This document shows, one piece after another, positions 1 to 14,500 of a stretch of 64,000 nt of DNA. The notes under the pieces are model-generated. The model did no database searches. It saw only the letters and a list, made by a program, of their open reading frames with translations, and had not been told where the DNA came from. Source of the DNA: Macrostomum lignano (taxonomy: Eukaryota); NCBI GenBank assembly GCA_002269645.1, contig NIVC01000139.1, positions 1-64,000 of the forward strand, read 5' to 3'. Both the position numbers and the translations under genes were made by a program. Every line of letters begins with the position of its first letter. Position 1 is the stretch's first letter.

Positions 1-192
1 CTAACCCTAAAACCTAACCCTAACCCTAACCCTAACCCTAACCCTAACCCTAACCCATAACCCCTAAACCCTAACCCTAACCCTAACCCTAACCTAACCC
101 TAACCCTAACCTAACCCTAACCCTAACCCTAACCCCTAACCCTAACCCTAACCCTAACCCTAACCCTAACGCCTACCCTAACCTAACCCTAA

Positions 193-228
<36 letters not shown>

Positions 229-288
229 CCTAACCCTAACCCTAACCTAACCCTAACCTAACCCTAACCCTAACCCTAACCCTAACGC

Positions 289-319
<31 letters not shown>

Positions 320-1216
320 TAACCCTAACCCTAACCCTAACCCTAACCCTAACCCTAACCCTAACCCTAACCCTAACCCTAACCCTAACCCTAACCCTAA
401 CCCTAACCTAACCCTAACCCTAACCCTAACCCTAACCCTAACCCTAACCCTAACCCTAACCCTAACCCTAACCCTAACCCTAACCCTAACCCTAACCCTA
501 ACCAACCCTAACCCTAACCCTAACCCTAACCCTAACCTAACCCTAACCCTAACCCTAACCCTAACCTAACCCTAACCCTAACCCTAACCCTAACCCTAAC
601 CCTAACCCTAACCCTAACCCTAACCCTAACCCTAACCCTAACCCTAACCTAACCCTAACGCCTAACCCTAACCCTAACCCTAACCCTAACCCTAACCCTA
701 ACCTAACCCTAACCCTAACCCTAACCCTAACCCTAACCCTAACCCTAACCCTAACCCTAACCCTAACCCTAACCCTAACCCTAACCCTAACCCTAACCTA
801 ACCCTAACCCTAACCCTAACCCTAACCCTAACCCTAACCCTAACCCTAACCCTAACCCTAACCCTAACCCTAACCCTAACCCTAACCCTAACCCTAACCT
901 AACCCTAACCCTAACCCTAACCCTAACCCTAACCCTAACCCTAACCCTAACCCTAACGCCTAACCCTAACCCTAACCCTAACCCTAACCCTAACCCTAAC
1001 CCTAACCCTAACCCTAACCCTAACCCTAACCCTAACCCTAACCCTAACCCTAACCCTAACCCTAACCCTAACCCCCTAACCCTAACCCTAACCCTAACCC
1101 TAACCCTAACCCTAACCCTAACCCTAACCCTAACCCTAACCCTAACCCTAACCCTAACCCTAACCCTAACCCTAACCCTAACCCTAACCCTAACCCTAAC
1201 CCTAACCTAACCCTAA

Positions 1217-1252
<36 letters not shown>

Positions 1253-4200
1253 CCCTAACCCTAACCCTAACCCTAACCCTAACCCTAACCCTAACCCTAA
1301 CCCTAACGCCTAACCCTAACCCTAACCCTAACCCTAACCCTAACCCTAACCCTAACCCTAACCCTAACCCTAACCCTAACCCTAACCCTAACCCTAACCC
1401 TAACCCTAACCTAACCCTAACCCTAACCCTAACCCTAACCCTAACCCTAACCCTAACCCTAACCCTAACCCTAACCCTAACCCTAACCCTAACCCTAACC
1501 CTAACCCTAACCCTAACCCTAACCCTAACCTAACCCTAACCCTAACCCTAACCCTAACCCTAACCCTAACCCTAACCCTAACCCTAACCCTAACCCTAAC
1601 CCTAACCCTAACCCTAACCCTAACCCTAACCTAACCCTAACCCTAACCCTAACCCTAACCCTAACCCTAACCCTAACCTAACCCTAACCCTAACCCTAAC
1701 CCTAACCCTAACCTAACCCTAACCCTAACCTAACCCTAACCCTAACCCTAACCCTAACCCTAACCCTAACCCTAACCCTAACCCTAACCCTAACCCTAAC
1801 CCTAACCCTAACCCTAACCCTAACCCTAACCCTAACCCTAACCCTAACCCTAACCCTAACCCTAACCCTAACCCTAACCCTAACCCTAACCCTAACCCTA
1901 ACCCTAACCCTAACCCTAACCCTAACCCTAACCCTAACCCTAACCCTAACCCTAACCCTAACCCTAACCCTAACCCTAACCCTAACCCTAACCCTAACCC
2001 TAACCCTAACCCTAACCCTAACCCTAACCCTAACCCTAACCCTAACCCTAACCCTAACCCTAACCCTAACCCTAACCCTAACCCTAACCCTAACCCTAAC
2101 CCTAACCCTAACCCTAACCCTAACCTAACCCTAACCCTAACCCTAACCCTAACCCTAACCCTAACCCTAACCCTAACCCTAACCCTAACCCTAACCCTAA
2201 CCCTAACCCTAACCCTAACCCTAACCCTAACCCTAACCCTAACCCTAACCCTAACCCTAACCCTAACCCTAACCCTAACCCTAACCCTAACCCTAACCCT
2301 AACCCTAACCCTAACCCTAACCCTAACCCTAACCCTAACCTAACCCTAACCCTAACCCTAACCCTAACCCTAACCCTAACCCTAACCCTAACCCTAACCC
2401 TAACCCTAACCCTAACCCTAACCCTAACCCTAACCCTAACCCTAACCCTAACCCTAACCCTAACCCTAACCCTAACCCTAACCCTAACCCTAACCCTAAC
2501 CCTAACCCTAACCCTAACCCTAACCCTAACCCTAACCCTAACCCTAACCCTAACCCTAACCCTAACCCTAACCCTAACCCTAACCCTAACCCTAACCCTA
2601 ACCCTAACCCTAACCCTAACCCTAACCCTAACCTAACCCTAACCCTAACCCTAACCCTAACCCTAACCCTAACCTAACCCTAACCCTAACCCTAACCCTA
2701 ACCCTAACCCTAACCCTAACCCTAACCCTAACCCTAACCCTAACCCTAACCCTAACCCTAACCCTAACCCTAACCTAACCCTAACCCTAACCCTAACCCT
2801 AACCCTAACCCTAACCCTAACCCTAACCCTAACCCTAACCCTAACCCTAACCCTAACCCTAACCCTAACCCTAACCCTAACCCTAACCCTAACCCTAACC
2901 TAACTAACCCTAACCCTAACCCTAACCCTAACCCTAACCCTAACCCTAACCCTAACCCTAACCCTAACCCTAACCCTAACCCTAACCCTAACCCTAACCC
3001 TAACCCTAACCCTAACCCTAACCCTAACCCTAACCCTAACCCTAACCCTAACCCTAACCCTAACCCTAACCCTAACCCTAACCCTAACCCTAACCCTAAC
3101 CCTAACCCTAACCCTAACCCTAACCCTAACCCTAACCCTAACCCTAACCCTAACCCTAACCCTAACCCTAACCCTAACCCTAACCCTAACCCTAACCCTA
3201 ACCCTAACCCTAACCCTAACCCTAACCCTAACCCTAACCCTAACCCTAACCCTAACCCTAACCCTAACCCTAACCCTAACCCTAACCCTAACCCTAACCC
3301 TAACCCTAACCCTAACCCTAACCCTAACCCTAACCCTAACCCTAACCCTAACCCTAACCCTAACCCTAACCCTAACCCTAACCCTAACCCTAACCCTAAC
3401 CCTAACCCTAACCCTAACCCTAACCCTAACCCTAACCCTAACCCTAACCCTAACCCTAACCCTAACCCTAACCCTAACCCTAACCCTAACCCTAACCCTA
3501 ACCCTAACCCTAACCCTAACCCTAACCCTAACCCTAACCCTAACCCTAACCCTAACCCTAACCCTAACCCTAACCCTAACCCTAACCCTAACCCTAACCC
3601 TAACCCTAACCCTAACCCTAACCCTAACCCTAACCCTAACCCTAACCCTAACCTAACCCTAACCCTAACCCTAACCCTAACCCTAACCCTAACCCTAACC
3701 CTAACCCTAACCCTAACCCTAACCCTAACCCTAACCCTAACCCTAACCCTAACCCTAACCCTAACCCTAACCCTAACCCTAACCCTAACCCTAACCCTAA
3801 CCCTAACCCTAACCCTAACCCTAACCCTAACCCTAACCCTAACCCTAACCCTAACCCTAACCCTAACCCTAACCCTAACCCTAACCCTAACCCTAACCCT
3901 AACCCTAACCCTAACCCTAACCCTAACCCTAACCCTAACCCTAACCCTAACCCTAACCCTAACCCTAACCCTAACCCTAACCCTAACCCTAACCCTAACC
4001 CTAACCCTAACCCTAACCCTAACCCTAACCCTAACCCTAACCCTAACCCTAACCCTAACCCTAACCCTAACCCTAACCCTAACCCTAACCCTAACCCTAA
4101 CCCTAACCCTAACCCTAACCCTAACCCTAACCCTAACCCTAACCCTAACCCTAACCCTAACCCTAACCCTAACCCTAACCCTAACCCTAACCCTAACCCT

Positions 4201-7200
4201 AACCCTAACCCTAACCCTAACCCTAACCCTAACCCTAACCCTAACCCTAACCCTAACCCTAACCCTAACCCTAACCCTAACCCTAACCCTAACCCTAACC
4301 CTAACCCTAACCCTAACCCTAACCCTAACCCTAACCCTAACCCTAACCCTAACCCTAACCCTAACCCTAACCCTAACCCTAACCCTAACCCTAACCCTAA
4401 CCCTAACCCTAACCCTAACCCTAACCCTAACCCTAACCCTAACCCTAACCCTAACCCTAACCCTAACCCTAACCCTAACCCTAACCCTAACCCTAACCCT
4501 AACCCTAACCCTAACCCTAACCCTAACCCTAACCCTAACCCTAACCCTAACCCTAACCCTAACCCTAACCCTAACCCTAACCCTAACCCTAACCCTAACC
4601 CTAACCCTAACCCTAACCCTAACCCTAACCCTAACCCTAACCCTAACCCTAACCCTAACCCTAACCCTAACCCTAACCCTAACCCTAACCCTAACCCTAA
4701 CCCTAACCCTAACCCTAACCCTAACCCTAACCCTAACCCTAACCCTAACCCTAACCCTAACCCTAACCCTAACCCTAACCCTAACCCTAACCCTAACCCT
4801 AACCCTAACCCTAACCCTAACCCTAACCCTAACCCTAACCCTAACCCTAACCCTAACCCTAACCCTAACCCTAACCCTAACCCTAACCCTAACCCTAACC
4901 CTAACCCTAACCCTAACCCTAACCCTAACCCTAACCCTAACCCTAACCCTAACCCTAACCCTAACCCTAACCCTAACCCTAACCCTAACCCTAACCCTAA
5001 CCCTAACCCTAACCCCTAACCCTAACCCTAACCCTAACCCTAACCCTAACCCTAACCCTAACCCTAACCCTAACCCTAACCCTAACCCTAACCCTAACCC
5101 TAACCCTAACCCTAACCCTAACCCTAACCCTAACCCTAACCCTAACCCTAACCCTAACCCTAACCCTAACCCTAACCCTAACCCTAACCCTAACCCTAAC
5201 CCTAACCCTAACCCTAACCCTAACCCTAACCCTAACCCTAACCCTAACCCTAACCCTAACCCTAACCCTAACCCTAACCCTAACCCTAACCCTAACCCTA
5301 ACCCTAACCCTAACCCTAACCCTAACCCTAACCCTAACCCTAACCCTAACCCTAACCCTAACCCTAACCCTAACCCTAACCCTAACCCTAACCCTAACCC
5401 TAACCCTAACCCTAACCCTAACCCTAACCCTAACCCTAACCCTAACCCTAACCCTAACCCTAACCCTAACCCTAACCCTAACCCTAACCCTAACCCTAAC
5501 CCTAACCCTAACCCTAACCCTAACCCTAACCCTAACCCTAACCCTAACCCTAACCCTAACCCTAACCCTAACCCTAACCCTAACCCTAACCCTAACCCTA
5601 ACCCTAACCCTAACCCTAACCCTAACCCTAACCCTAACCCTAACCCTAACCCTAACCCTAACCCTAACCCTAACCCTAACCCTAACCCTAACCCTAACCC
5701 TAACCCTAACCCTAACCCTAACCCTAACCCTAACCCTAACCCTAACCCTAACCCTAACCCTAACCCTAACCCTAACCCTAACCCTAACCCTAACCCTAAC
5801 CCTAACCCTAACCCTAACCCTAACCCTAACCCTAACCCTAACCCTAACCCTAACCCTAACCCTAACCCTAACCCTAACCCTAACCCTAACCCTAACCCTA
5901 ACCCTAACCCTAACCCTAACCCTAACCCTAACCCTAACCCTAACCCTAACCCTAACCCTAACCCTAACCCTAACCCTAACCCTAACCCTAACCCTAACCC
6001 TAACCCTAACCCTAACCCTAACCCTAACCCTAACCCTAACCCTAACCCTAACCCTAACCCTAACCCTAACCCTAACCCTAACCCTAACCCTAACCCTAAC
6101 CCTAACCCTAACCCTAACCCTAACCCTAACCCTAACCCTAACCCTAACCCTAACCCTAACCCTAACCCTAACCCTAACCCTAACCCTAACCCTAACCCTA
6201 ACCCTAACCCTAACCCTAACCCTAACCCTAACCCTAACCCTAACCCTAACCCTAACCCTAACCCTAACCCTAACCCTAACCCTAACCCTAACCCTAACCC
6301 TAACCCTAACCCTAACCCTAACCCTAACCCTAACCCTAACCCTAACCCTAACCCTAACCCTAACCCTAACCCTAACCCTAACCCTAACCCTAACCCTAAC
6401 CCTAACCCTAACCCTAACCCTAACCCTAACCCTAACCCTAACCCTAACCCTAACCCTAACCCTAACCCTAACCCTAACCCTAACCCTAACCCTAACCCTA
6501 ACCCTAACCCTAACCCTAACCCTAACCCTAACCCTAACCCTAACCCTAACCCTAACCCTAACCCTAACCCTAACCCTAACCCTAACCCTAACCCTAACCC
6601 TAACCCTAACCCTAACCCTAACCCTAACCCTAACCCTAACCCTAACCCTAACCCTAACCCTAACCCTAACCCTAACCCTAACCCTAACCCTAACCCTAAC
6701 CCTAACCCTAACCCTAACCCTAACCCTAACCCTAACCCTAACCCTAACCCTAACCCTAACCCTAACCCTAACCCTAACCCTAACCCTAACCCTAACCCTA
6801 ACCCTAACCCTAACCCTAACCCTAACCCTAACCCTAACCCTAACCCTAACCCTAACCCTAACCCTAACCCTAACCCTAACCCTAACCCTAACCCTAACCC
6901 TAACCCTAACCCTAACCCTAACCCTAACCCTAACCCTAACCCTAACCCTAACCCTAACCCTAACCCTAACCCTAACCCTAACCCTAACCCTAACCCTAAC
7001 CCTAACCCTAACCCTAACCCTAACCCTAACCCTAACCCTAACCCTAACCCTAACCCTAACCCTAACCCTAACCCTAACCCTAACCCTAACCCTAACCCTA
7101 ACCCTAACCCTAACCCTAACCCTAACCCTAACCCTAACCCTAACCCTAACCCTAACCCTAACCCTAACCCTAACCCTAACCCTAACCCTAACCCTAACCC

Positions 7201-9735
7201 TAACCCTAACCCTAACCCTAACCCTAACCCTAACCCTAACCCTAACCCTAACCCTAACCCTAACCCTAACCCTAACCCTAACCCTAACCCTAACCCTAAC
7301 CCTAACCCTAACCCTAACCCTAACCCTAACCCTAACCCTAACCCTAACCCTAACCCTAACCCTAACCCTAACCCTAACCCTAACCCTAACCCTAACCCTA
7401 ACCCTAACCCTAACCCTAACCCTAACCCTAACCCTAACCCTAACCCTAACCCTAACCCTAACCCTAACCCTAACCCTAACCCTAACCCTAACCCTAACCC
7501 TAACCCTAACCCTAACCCTAACCCTAACCCTAACCCTAACCCTAACCCTAACCCTAACCCTAACCCTAACCCTAACCCTAACCCTAACCCTAACCCTAAC
7601 CCTAACCCTAACCCTAACCCTAACCCTAACCCTAACCCTAACCCTAACCCTAACCCTAACCCTAACCCTAACCCTAACCCTAACCCTAACCCTAACCCTA
7701 ACCCTAACCCTAACCCTAACCCTAACCCTAACCCTAACCCTAACCCTAACCCTAACCCTAACCCTAACCCTAACCCTAACCCTAACCCTAACCCTAACCC
7801 TAACCCTAACCCTAACCCTAACCCTAACCCTAACCCTAACCCTAACCCTAACCCTAACCCTAACCCTAACCCTAACCCTAACCCTAACCCTAACCCTAAC
7901 CCTAACCCTAACCCTAACCCTAACCCTAACCCTAACCCTAACCCTAACCCTAACCCTAACCCTAACCCTAACCCTAACCCTAACCCTAACCCTAACCCTA
8001 ACCCTAACCCTAACCCTAACCCTAACCCTAACCCTAACCCTAACCCTAACCCTAACCCTAACCCTAACCCTAACCCTAACCCTAACCCTAACCCTAACCC
8101 TAACCCTAACCCTAACCCTAACCCTAACCCTAACCCTAACCCTAACCCTAACCCTAACCCTAACCCTAACCCTAACCCTAACCCTAACCCTAACCCTAAC
8201 CCTAACCCTAACCCTAACCCTAACCCTAACCCTAACCCTAACCCTAACCCTAACCCTAACCCTAACCCTAACCCTAACCCTAACCCTAACCCTAACCCTA
8301 ACCCTAACCCTAACCCTAACCCTAACCCTAACCCTAACCCTAACCCTAACCCTAACCCTAACCCTAACCCTAACCCTAACCCTAACCCTAACCCTAACCC
8401 TAACCCTAACCCTAACCCTAACCCTAACCCTAACCCTAACCCTAACCCTAACCCTAACCCTAACCCTAACCCTAACCCTAACCCTAACCCTAACCCTAAC
8501 CCTAACCCTAACCCTAACCCTAACCCTAACCCTAACCCTAACCCTAACCCTAACCCTAACCCTAACCCTAACCCTAACCCTAACCCTAACCCTAACCCTA
8601 ACCCTAACCCTAACCCTAACCCTAACCCTAACCCTAACCCTAACCCTAACCCTAACCCTAACCCTAACCCTAACCCTAACCCTAACCCTAACCCTAACCC
8701 TAACCCTAACCCTAACCCTAACCCTAACCCTAACCCTAACCCTAACCCTAACCCTAACCCTAACCCTAACCCTAACCCTAACCCTAACCCTAACCCTAAC
8801 CCTAACCCTAACCCTAACCCTAACCCTAACCCTAACCCTAACCCTAACCCTAACCCTAACCCTAACCCTAACCCTAACCCTAACCCTAACCCTAACCCTA
8901 ACCCTAACCCTAACCCTAACCCTAACCCTAACCCTAACCCTAACCCTAACCCTAACCCTAACCCTAACCCTAACCCTAACCCTAACCCTAACCCTAACCC
9001 TAACCCTAACCCTAACCCTAACCCTAACCCTAACCCTAACCCTAACCCTAACCCTAACCCTAACCCTAACCCTAACCCTAACCCTAACCCTAACCCTAAC
9101 CCTAACCCTAACCCTAACCCTAACCCTAACCCTAACCCTAACCCTAACCCTAACCCTAACCCTAACCCTAACCCTAACCCTAACCCTAACCCTAACCCTA
9201 ACCCTAACCCTAACCCTAACCCTAACCCTAACCCTAACCCTAACCCTAACCCTAACCCTAACCCTAACCCTAACCCTAACCCTAACCCTAACCCTAACCC
9301 TAACCCTAACCCTAACCCTAACCCTAACCCTAACCCTAACCCTAACCCTAACCCTAACCCTAACCCTAACCCTAACCCTAACCCTAACCCTAACCCTAAC
9401 CCTAACCCTAACCCTAACCCTAACCCTAACCCTAACCCTAACCCTAACCCTAACCCTAACCCTAACCCTAACCCTAACCCTAACCCTAACCCTAACCCTA
9501 ACCCTAACCCTAACCCTAACCCTAACCCTAACCCTAACCCTAACCCTAACCCTAACCCTAACCCTAACCCTAACCCTAACCCTAACCCTAACCCTAACCC
9601 TAACCCTAACCCTAACCCTAACCCTAACCCTAACCCTAACCCTAACCCTAACCCTAACCCTAACCCTAACCCCTAACCCTAACCCTAACCCTAACCCTAA
9701 CCCTAACCCTAACCCTAACCCTAACCCTAACCCTA
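1..9735 (-). repeat. Telomere, (TTAGGG)n on the - strand / (CCCTAA)n on the + strand, left chromosome end
   Basis: Near-pure CCCTAA array from base 1 to 9735 with an abrupt junction to unique sequence (cccta|gtttgag). Indels are concentrated in the distal part. Confidence 0.99.
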
Positions 9736-9958
9736 GTTTGAGTCTTTTTTGAGGCTCACCAACTACTATTACGCGCGGTACATTCAGTCCTATTCCGATC
9801 GGGTCGAGCTACTGACGGCCCTCAGGAGCAAGATCCGCTGCATTGAAATGTCTATGGCCCTTTCTACGTTTTTTGAGTGTCGTAGAAGAGATTCAGATGA
9901 TCTAGAATGAGAGTGCGAAATAGAGTGCGAAAGCTTTTACCCTCAGCGAACAGCGATC

Positions 9959-10291
9959 ATGCCATCAATCCATGTAAACTGCGTCCTCTGCGATTCGGAA
10001 ATGCGAAAAGACAACATGGCACGCCATGCTAGAAGTCAACACCCCGATCATCGCGTCGAAGATATCTTATGGTTTGCGACCTTCCAGCGATCAGTTACTT
10101 CTGGCCACGGCATGTGCTGTGTGTGTAGAGAGGCGTGCGTGCAGCTCCGTTCGCACTACAAAAGACACCACCCGGAGCTCAATGAGCATCAGCGGACACA
10201 GCGTCCACGTCCCTCTTGCAGCAAGGAACCGCTGGCGGAGCGGAACAAGCGGCTGGAGAGACTGCTGTTGAGTCCGAGTCCGACAGCTTAA
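9959..10291 (+). CDS. Small two-finger C2H2-like zinc-finger ORF (110 aa) next to the telomere
   Basis: CVLC-x11-H-x4-H (CVLCDSEMRKDNMARHARSQH) and CCVC-x9-H-x4-H (CCVCREACVQLRSHYKRHH). Whether it is expressed is unknown. Confidence 0.55.
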   Translation: MPSIHVNCVLCDSEMRKDNMARHARSQHPDHRVEDILWFATFQRSVTSGHGMCCVCREACVQLRSHYKRHHPELNEHQRTQRPRPSCSKEPLAERNKRLERLLLSPSPTA

Positions 10292-11546
10292 CTGTTAGAA
10301 CTCAGGAGACCACCGCACCTCTGAGACGTAGCGAGCGCAACAACAAAGGTGTCTAAGTGGTGAGGGGGATGTGGCGCCGCTGGGTTGCGTCACTTTTGAT
10401 GAAGATGTTTTTATTGACTGACTATAAGTTTAATTTACAAGCATTGTACTCATTGCATATGGGCCTCCCCGGACCCCGGCGTGCCGATGTGAGATGTAGC
10501 TTATTTCACTTGAATAAGATTTTGTTTTGAGGTGCCCTCACTTAGACATTACAGTATAAACATACGAAGCTTGACGTAACAAGTCGTAAATCTCGGCCAA
10601 ACCAATCTGTCTCTGATTTCTTATTATACGGCATGACAGGTAGACTGAGAGGAGCTTCGTAAAATCGGGATTCGCATCACTAAGATAATCACACAAAAAT
10701 CCTCTATAGTAAACACTCCTGGTAGCTGATAATCAATCAGTGGTTCGTAACTTGACTAAAAGAAAGCCACTCATTTGCAGATTTTTAATCAGTAATCAGC
10801 ACTTTATAAAATTGGTCCCAGATGTTGCCGCTAAGGTGGTCTAGGTAGATAAAGGTGTCTCAGTGGTGAGGGGTCCTTGATAAGTAGATAATCCTTCTAC
10901 AGCCGTCCCTCGCTCTATACAGGTCTGTTTTCCCTATATAGAAAATGTTCTTAGCTGCCTTATAAAGCATCCTACTGTACCTCTTTTAATCGTTTTTAAC
11001 GCTGAGAACTAGAAAAGCATTTTATGCCATATTGTAAATGTTTTGAATGAAATGATTTGACCATACGAGATGTGAAGATGTGAAGAAACTTTATATAATG
11101 GTTTCCATACCAAATTGATAATGTATGTTTGACCCATGATCGGGGCTTGATGTGTTATTTATTTTTTATTGCTCTAAATTGTACGAGTATACTATATGCT
11201 AAATTAAGTTCTTCCGGTAATTAAAAATGAACTGCCATGTTGAATTAACAAAAAGGGACGAAATATATATATTCGCTGTCGCTGTCGCTTTTGGAATTGA
11301 AAATTGCATTTTATAAATTTGCGAATTTCTTAATTTTGAAATTATTAATGAACTTAATTAAATAATTATTACACTAAATAATATAGCTACCTACCAGTCT
11401 ATAAAACTAAAGTGAGAATCCTAGAATAGCGTCTCTGTCTTTAATGCTGTAGATTATGCAATAAAAGACTTAAGCAAAATGACGTCTGTTCAAATTATAA
11501 AAAAGTTTACACCGACTTCATTTTCTACCTCGCTTTTTTAAGAAAT

Positions 11547-14500
11547 ATGATGCGAGAGTCCTCATCTTCAGAGGAAGACGAAAGCTGGAAATATGCTCAA
11601 GGACCATCTACGAGTAAAATTCAGCCCGCTCTCATCCAGCCAAAATTTGGTGCCCCGGAAGATAACCGACCCTCAAGTCCGCAGCAGCAGCCCCTGCATT
11701 TAAAGCTAAAGGATTCGCCAGCATCTATTGCTGATCGAAAAAACTCTAGTACATCAGCCCTTGCAGTGCCTTTTGGTAGATGTACGCCCGTGATTCGCCG
11801 AGCCTCTGGAGAGCCACGTTCGACAAGCCCCTCTCCCAGCCTACTGTCTGTCTCGGCTGGCCTTAGCGATACTGAGCAAGAGGCTGACAGACGGGAAAGA
11901 CTACTCCTTTACGTTCTTGTCATGCGCTGCATTGCCTACCCGTTCTGCGCCAATCAGCCTACCGACGTTGCTCAGCGGCAACTTAAAGTTACACCGGCAC
12001 AGCTGCTCCAGGTTTGCTTATAACCTCTTTTCACCATGTTACTACCGTTTTAGTCATTTCGTGATTTTTTGCTAGATTGCTATCTCAAAACATTCTTTTA
12101 TAATGCAGCAGCTGTCGCATTCACATAGAAGACGATCGATCCCTCACTACTGCTTCGCCAGTCAGCTAAAATACGCAATAATATATTAATTACACCTTAC
12201 AGTTAGCGAGTAGCAGAATTACTTTTACGTGGGTAAAATCCTTAGTCTTAAGGTTTGAATGTATTCTGTAAAGAAAATTTTTCAAGAGTGTTCGCGTCGG
12301 TCTCGAGAAAAATTTTGTTTCGTTTCAAAAATACGTAACTTTAATAACAGATACTATTGTAAATAGAGGAACGCAAAATTTTCCTTCGCACTGACAATAC
12401 GCTCGTAGTTATGTTTTGCTGCTTAAGCTCAGGAGTTGGTCACTTGTTTTAAAAAATCAAAGTGCACCACCCTGCTAGACTAAAAATTGGAGTGACCAGG
12501 TGGGCTTGAAGATAGCATTTGAACGCCATCAAATGAGACCAAAGTGATCTGATCATAGAACATGATGATTACTTCCATGGAATACGTGAAGTGGAATCAT
12601 TTTACAGACTCTTTTCTTCTACTGAAGCCACTTTACCAGACGGGACACCAAATTTTGCCGAGTCTGACTTAAAAAATCGCAACTTTGGCGCATTCGAGCT
12701 TCTTCTAGCAATTAAACCATCATAAGAAAAATTTAACGACCCACAAAAGTTATTTACAAGCCATGTACGGTTTCATGATTTAATCACGCAAAAGTTGATC
12801 TCCTTTGATGGCGGCGTGAATCCTAACCTTTGATGGCGACTCAAATGATAACCGTTGCGACTTCTCTATTGGACTTGTTCTCTGTCCGGAGGAAAATAAT
12901 ATCATCAAATCAAAGTTGTAAGTCTAAAGGTGACTAGCTTTATTGCAAATATGTAAAAATTGTGTTTACTCAAGCTGAAGCGGATACCATCAGGCAGCTA
13001 TTTGGAATTCCAGCGCCGATGTTCTTTCGCAGAGTTTACGGGACAAATATTATTGTATGTCGTTCATTCATACTTAATATTTCACTTTCTGTAAAAATAT
13101 GTTAATAGTTATTTTCAACTCTAGAGAAAAAAAAATAAACTAACTAGTTTCCGTACACTGCTAACAGATTCGCGACCGCTTTCAAAAATTTGTGTCTGGC
13201 GGCAGTGGCATCGTAGCTGACGAGGCCTTCAGTAACGCGGTGCGCAGCTACCAGGAGGTATTTTTGCAATCCGAGCGAGTAGCCGCCCTGGTCCGTTCAG
13301 GTGGCTGCTCCGTGCGCGACTTTCGGGACGTTTTTAAGAGCGATATCGAAATGCGAGTCCGATGCCTGCCTGAAATCGACGGTCTCAGCAAGGAGACTGT
13401 ACTGAGCTCATGGATGGCTAAATTCGACCAGATATTTCGTGGGGATGAGGACCCAAGAAGGGCGCAGCGTATGGCTGCTGCCTGTCAAAGTGAATTGGTG
13501 CTTAGCAAGGAAGAGCTATATGATCTGTTTCAAGCTGTGCTAAATGTTCGAAAGTATGAGCATCAGATCATGTTCAATGCATGTCAAGTGAGTTTTGCAA
13601 AAGAGCCGTAGAGGAATCAAATAATCAGACTTATTTAATGCAATTCTATGTAGTTAAAAAGTTGAGTGGATGAATGGAGTAGATCAATGGATTGTATGAA
13701 TTCTTTGTCAAATAGGAGCTTAGAGATCCGACGATCCGATCGTCCAGTAGTAGCAGATGGATGAGCCCCACTGAGCCCCCAAATTTATGAGCCACACGAA
13801 GGTTCTCAATTCTTCCAGGTGTCGGGTAGTTCTTGAATTACTGTAGTAACATCTTCATTCATTCGGCATTCATAACTTGTAATATTCAAAACTAGGAACT
13901 CAACTTCATCCTTATTCCACTTTAGCTTTTATGTATGGAGTTTTTCTCCCTCAATCGCGACAGTCTCTCAAACCAAAATACTTAAGAGTTCCTTTGGCTT
14001 GCAAGCCAACTTGTTTAGCGTTCAGTGTTTAGCGAACAGTTTAGCGTTTAGCGAGCCATACCATTTTTCATTATCAATGCCCTTTGAAGTACTGGGGTTT
14101 TTGGTGGTTTCTAGTTTGTCTTGCCTGTTGTTGTCTAGAGGCCTTCAATAGAATCGTTGCCACCAGTGAAGTACAGGCTTCTTCGATGTTGTAGGTCTCC
14201 TGGCGCAAGGTGGTGACCTCTAACTGCCTGTTTCTTAGAAACGATACTTGTAGCGTAGGTAGTGCTGCCACCAGCTCGCTCGGATCTTGTCCTTCGGTGA
14301 GGGAGACTCCGGGCTGAGGGAAATAAATGAGACACGAGAACTCAGCACGCCGTGCAGATTTGACAGCTCGCACCGGTGCACACCTCGTCAGCGGTCCTGC
14401 CGGGCTCAAGTGCGGGAAAAGGAACTGTGCTAGTTTCTTGTTAGCTTGGCCGGGAGTCTAGCACAAGCTCAGATACACCGTCAATGATAGATCAGAAGTC

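Noticed and set aside
314-505. 63-aa (RV)n/(LG)n ORF
   Set aside because: Translation artefact of the telomeric repeat.
12180-12960. Intronic stretches resembling non-autonomous DNA transposons (also ~17480-17850)
   Set aside because: No TIR pair or TSD could be demonstrated.
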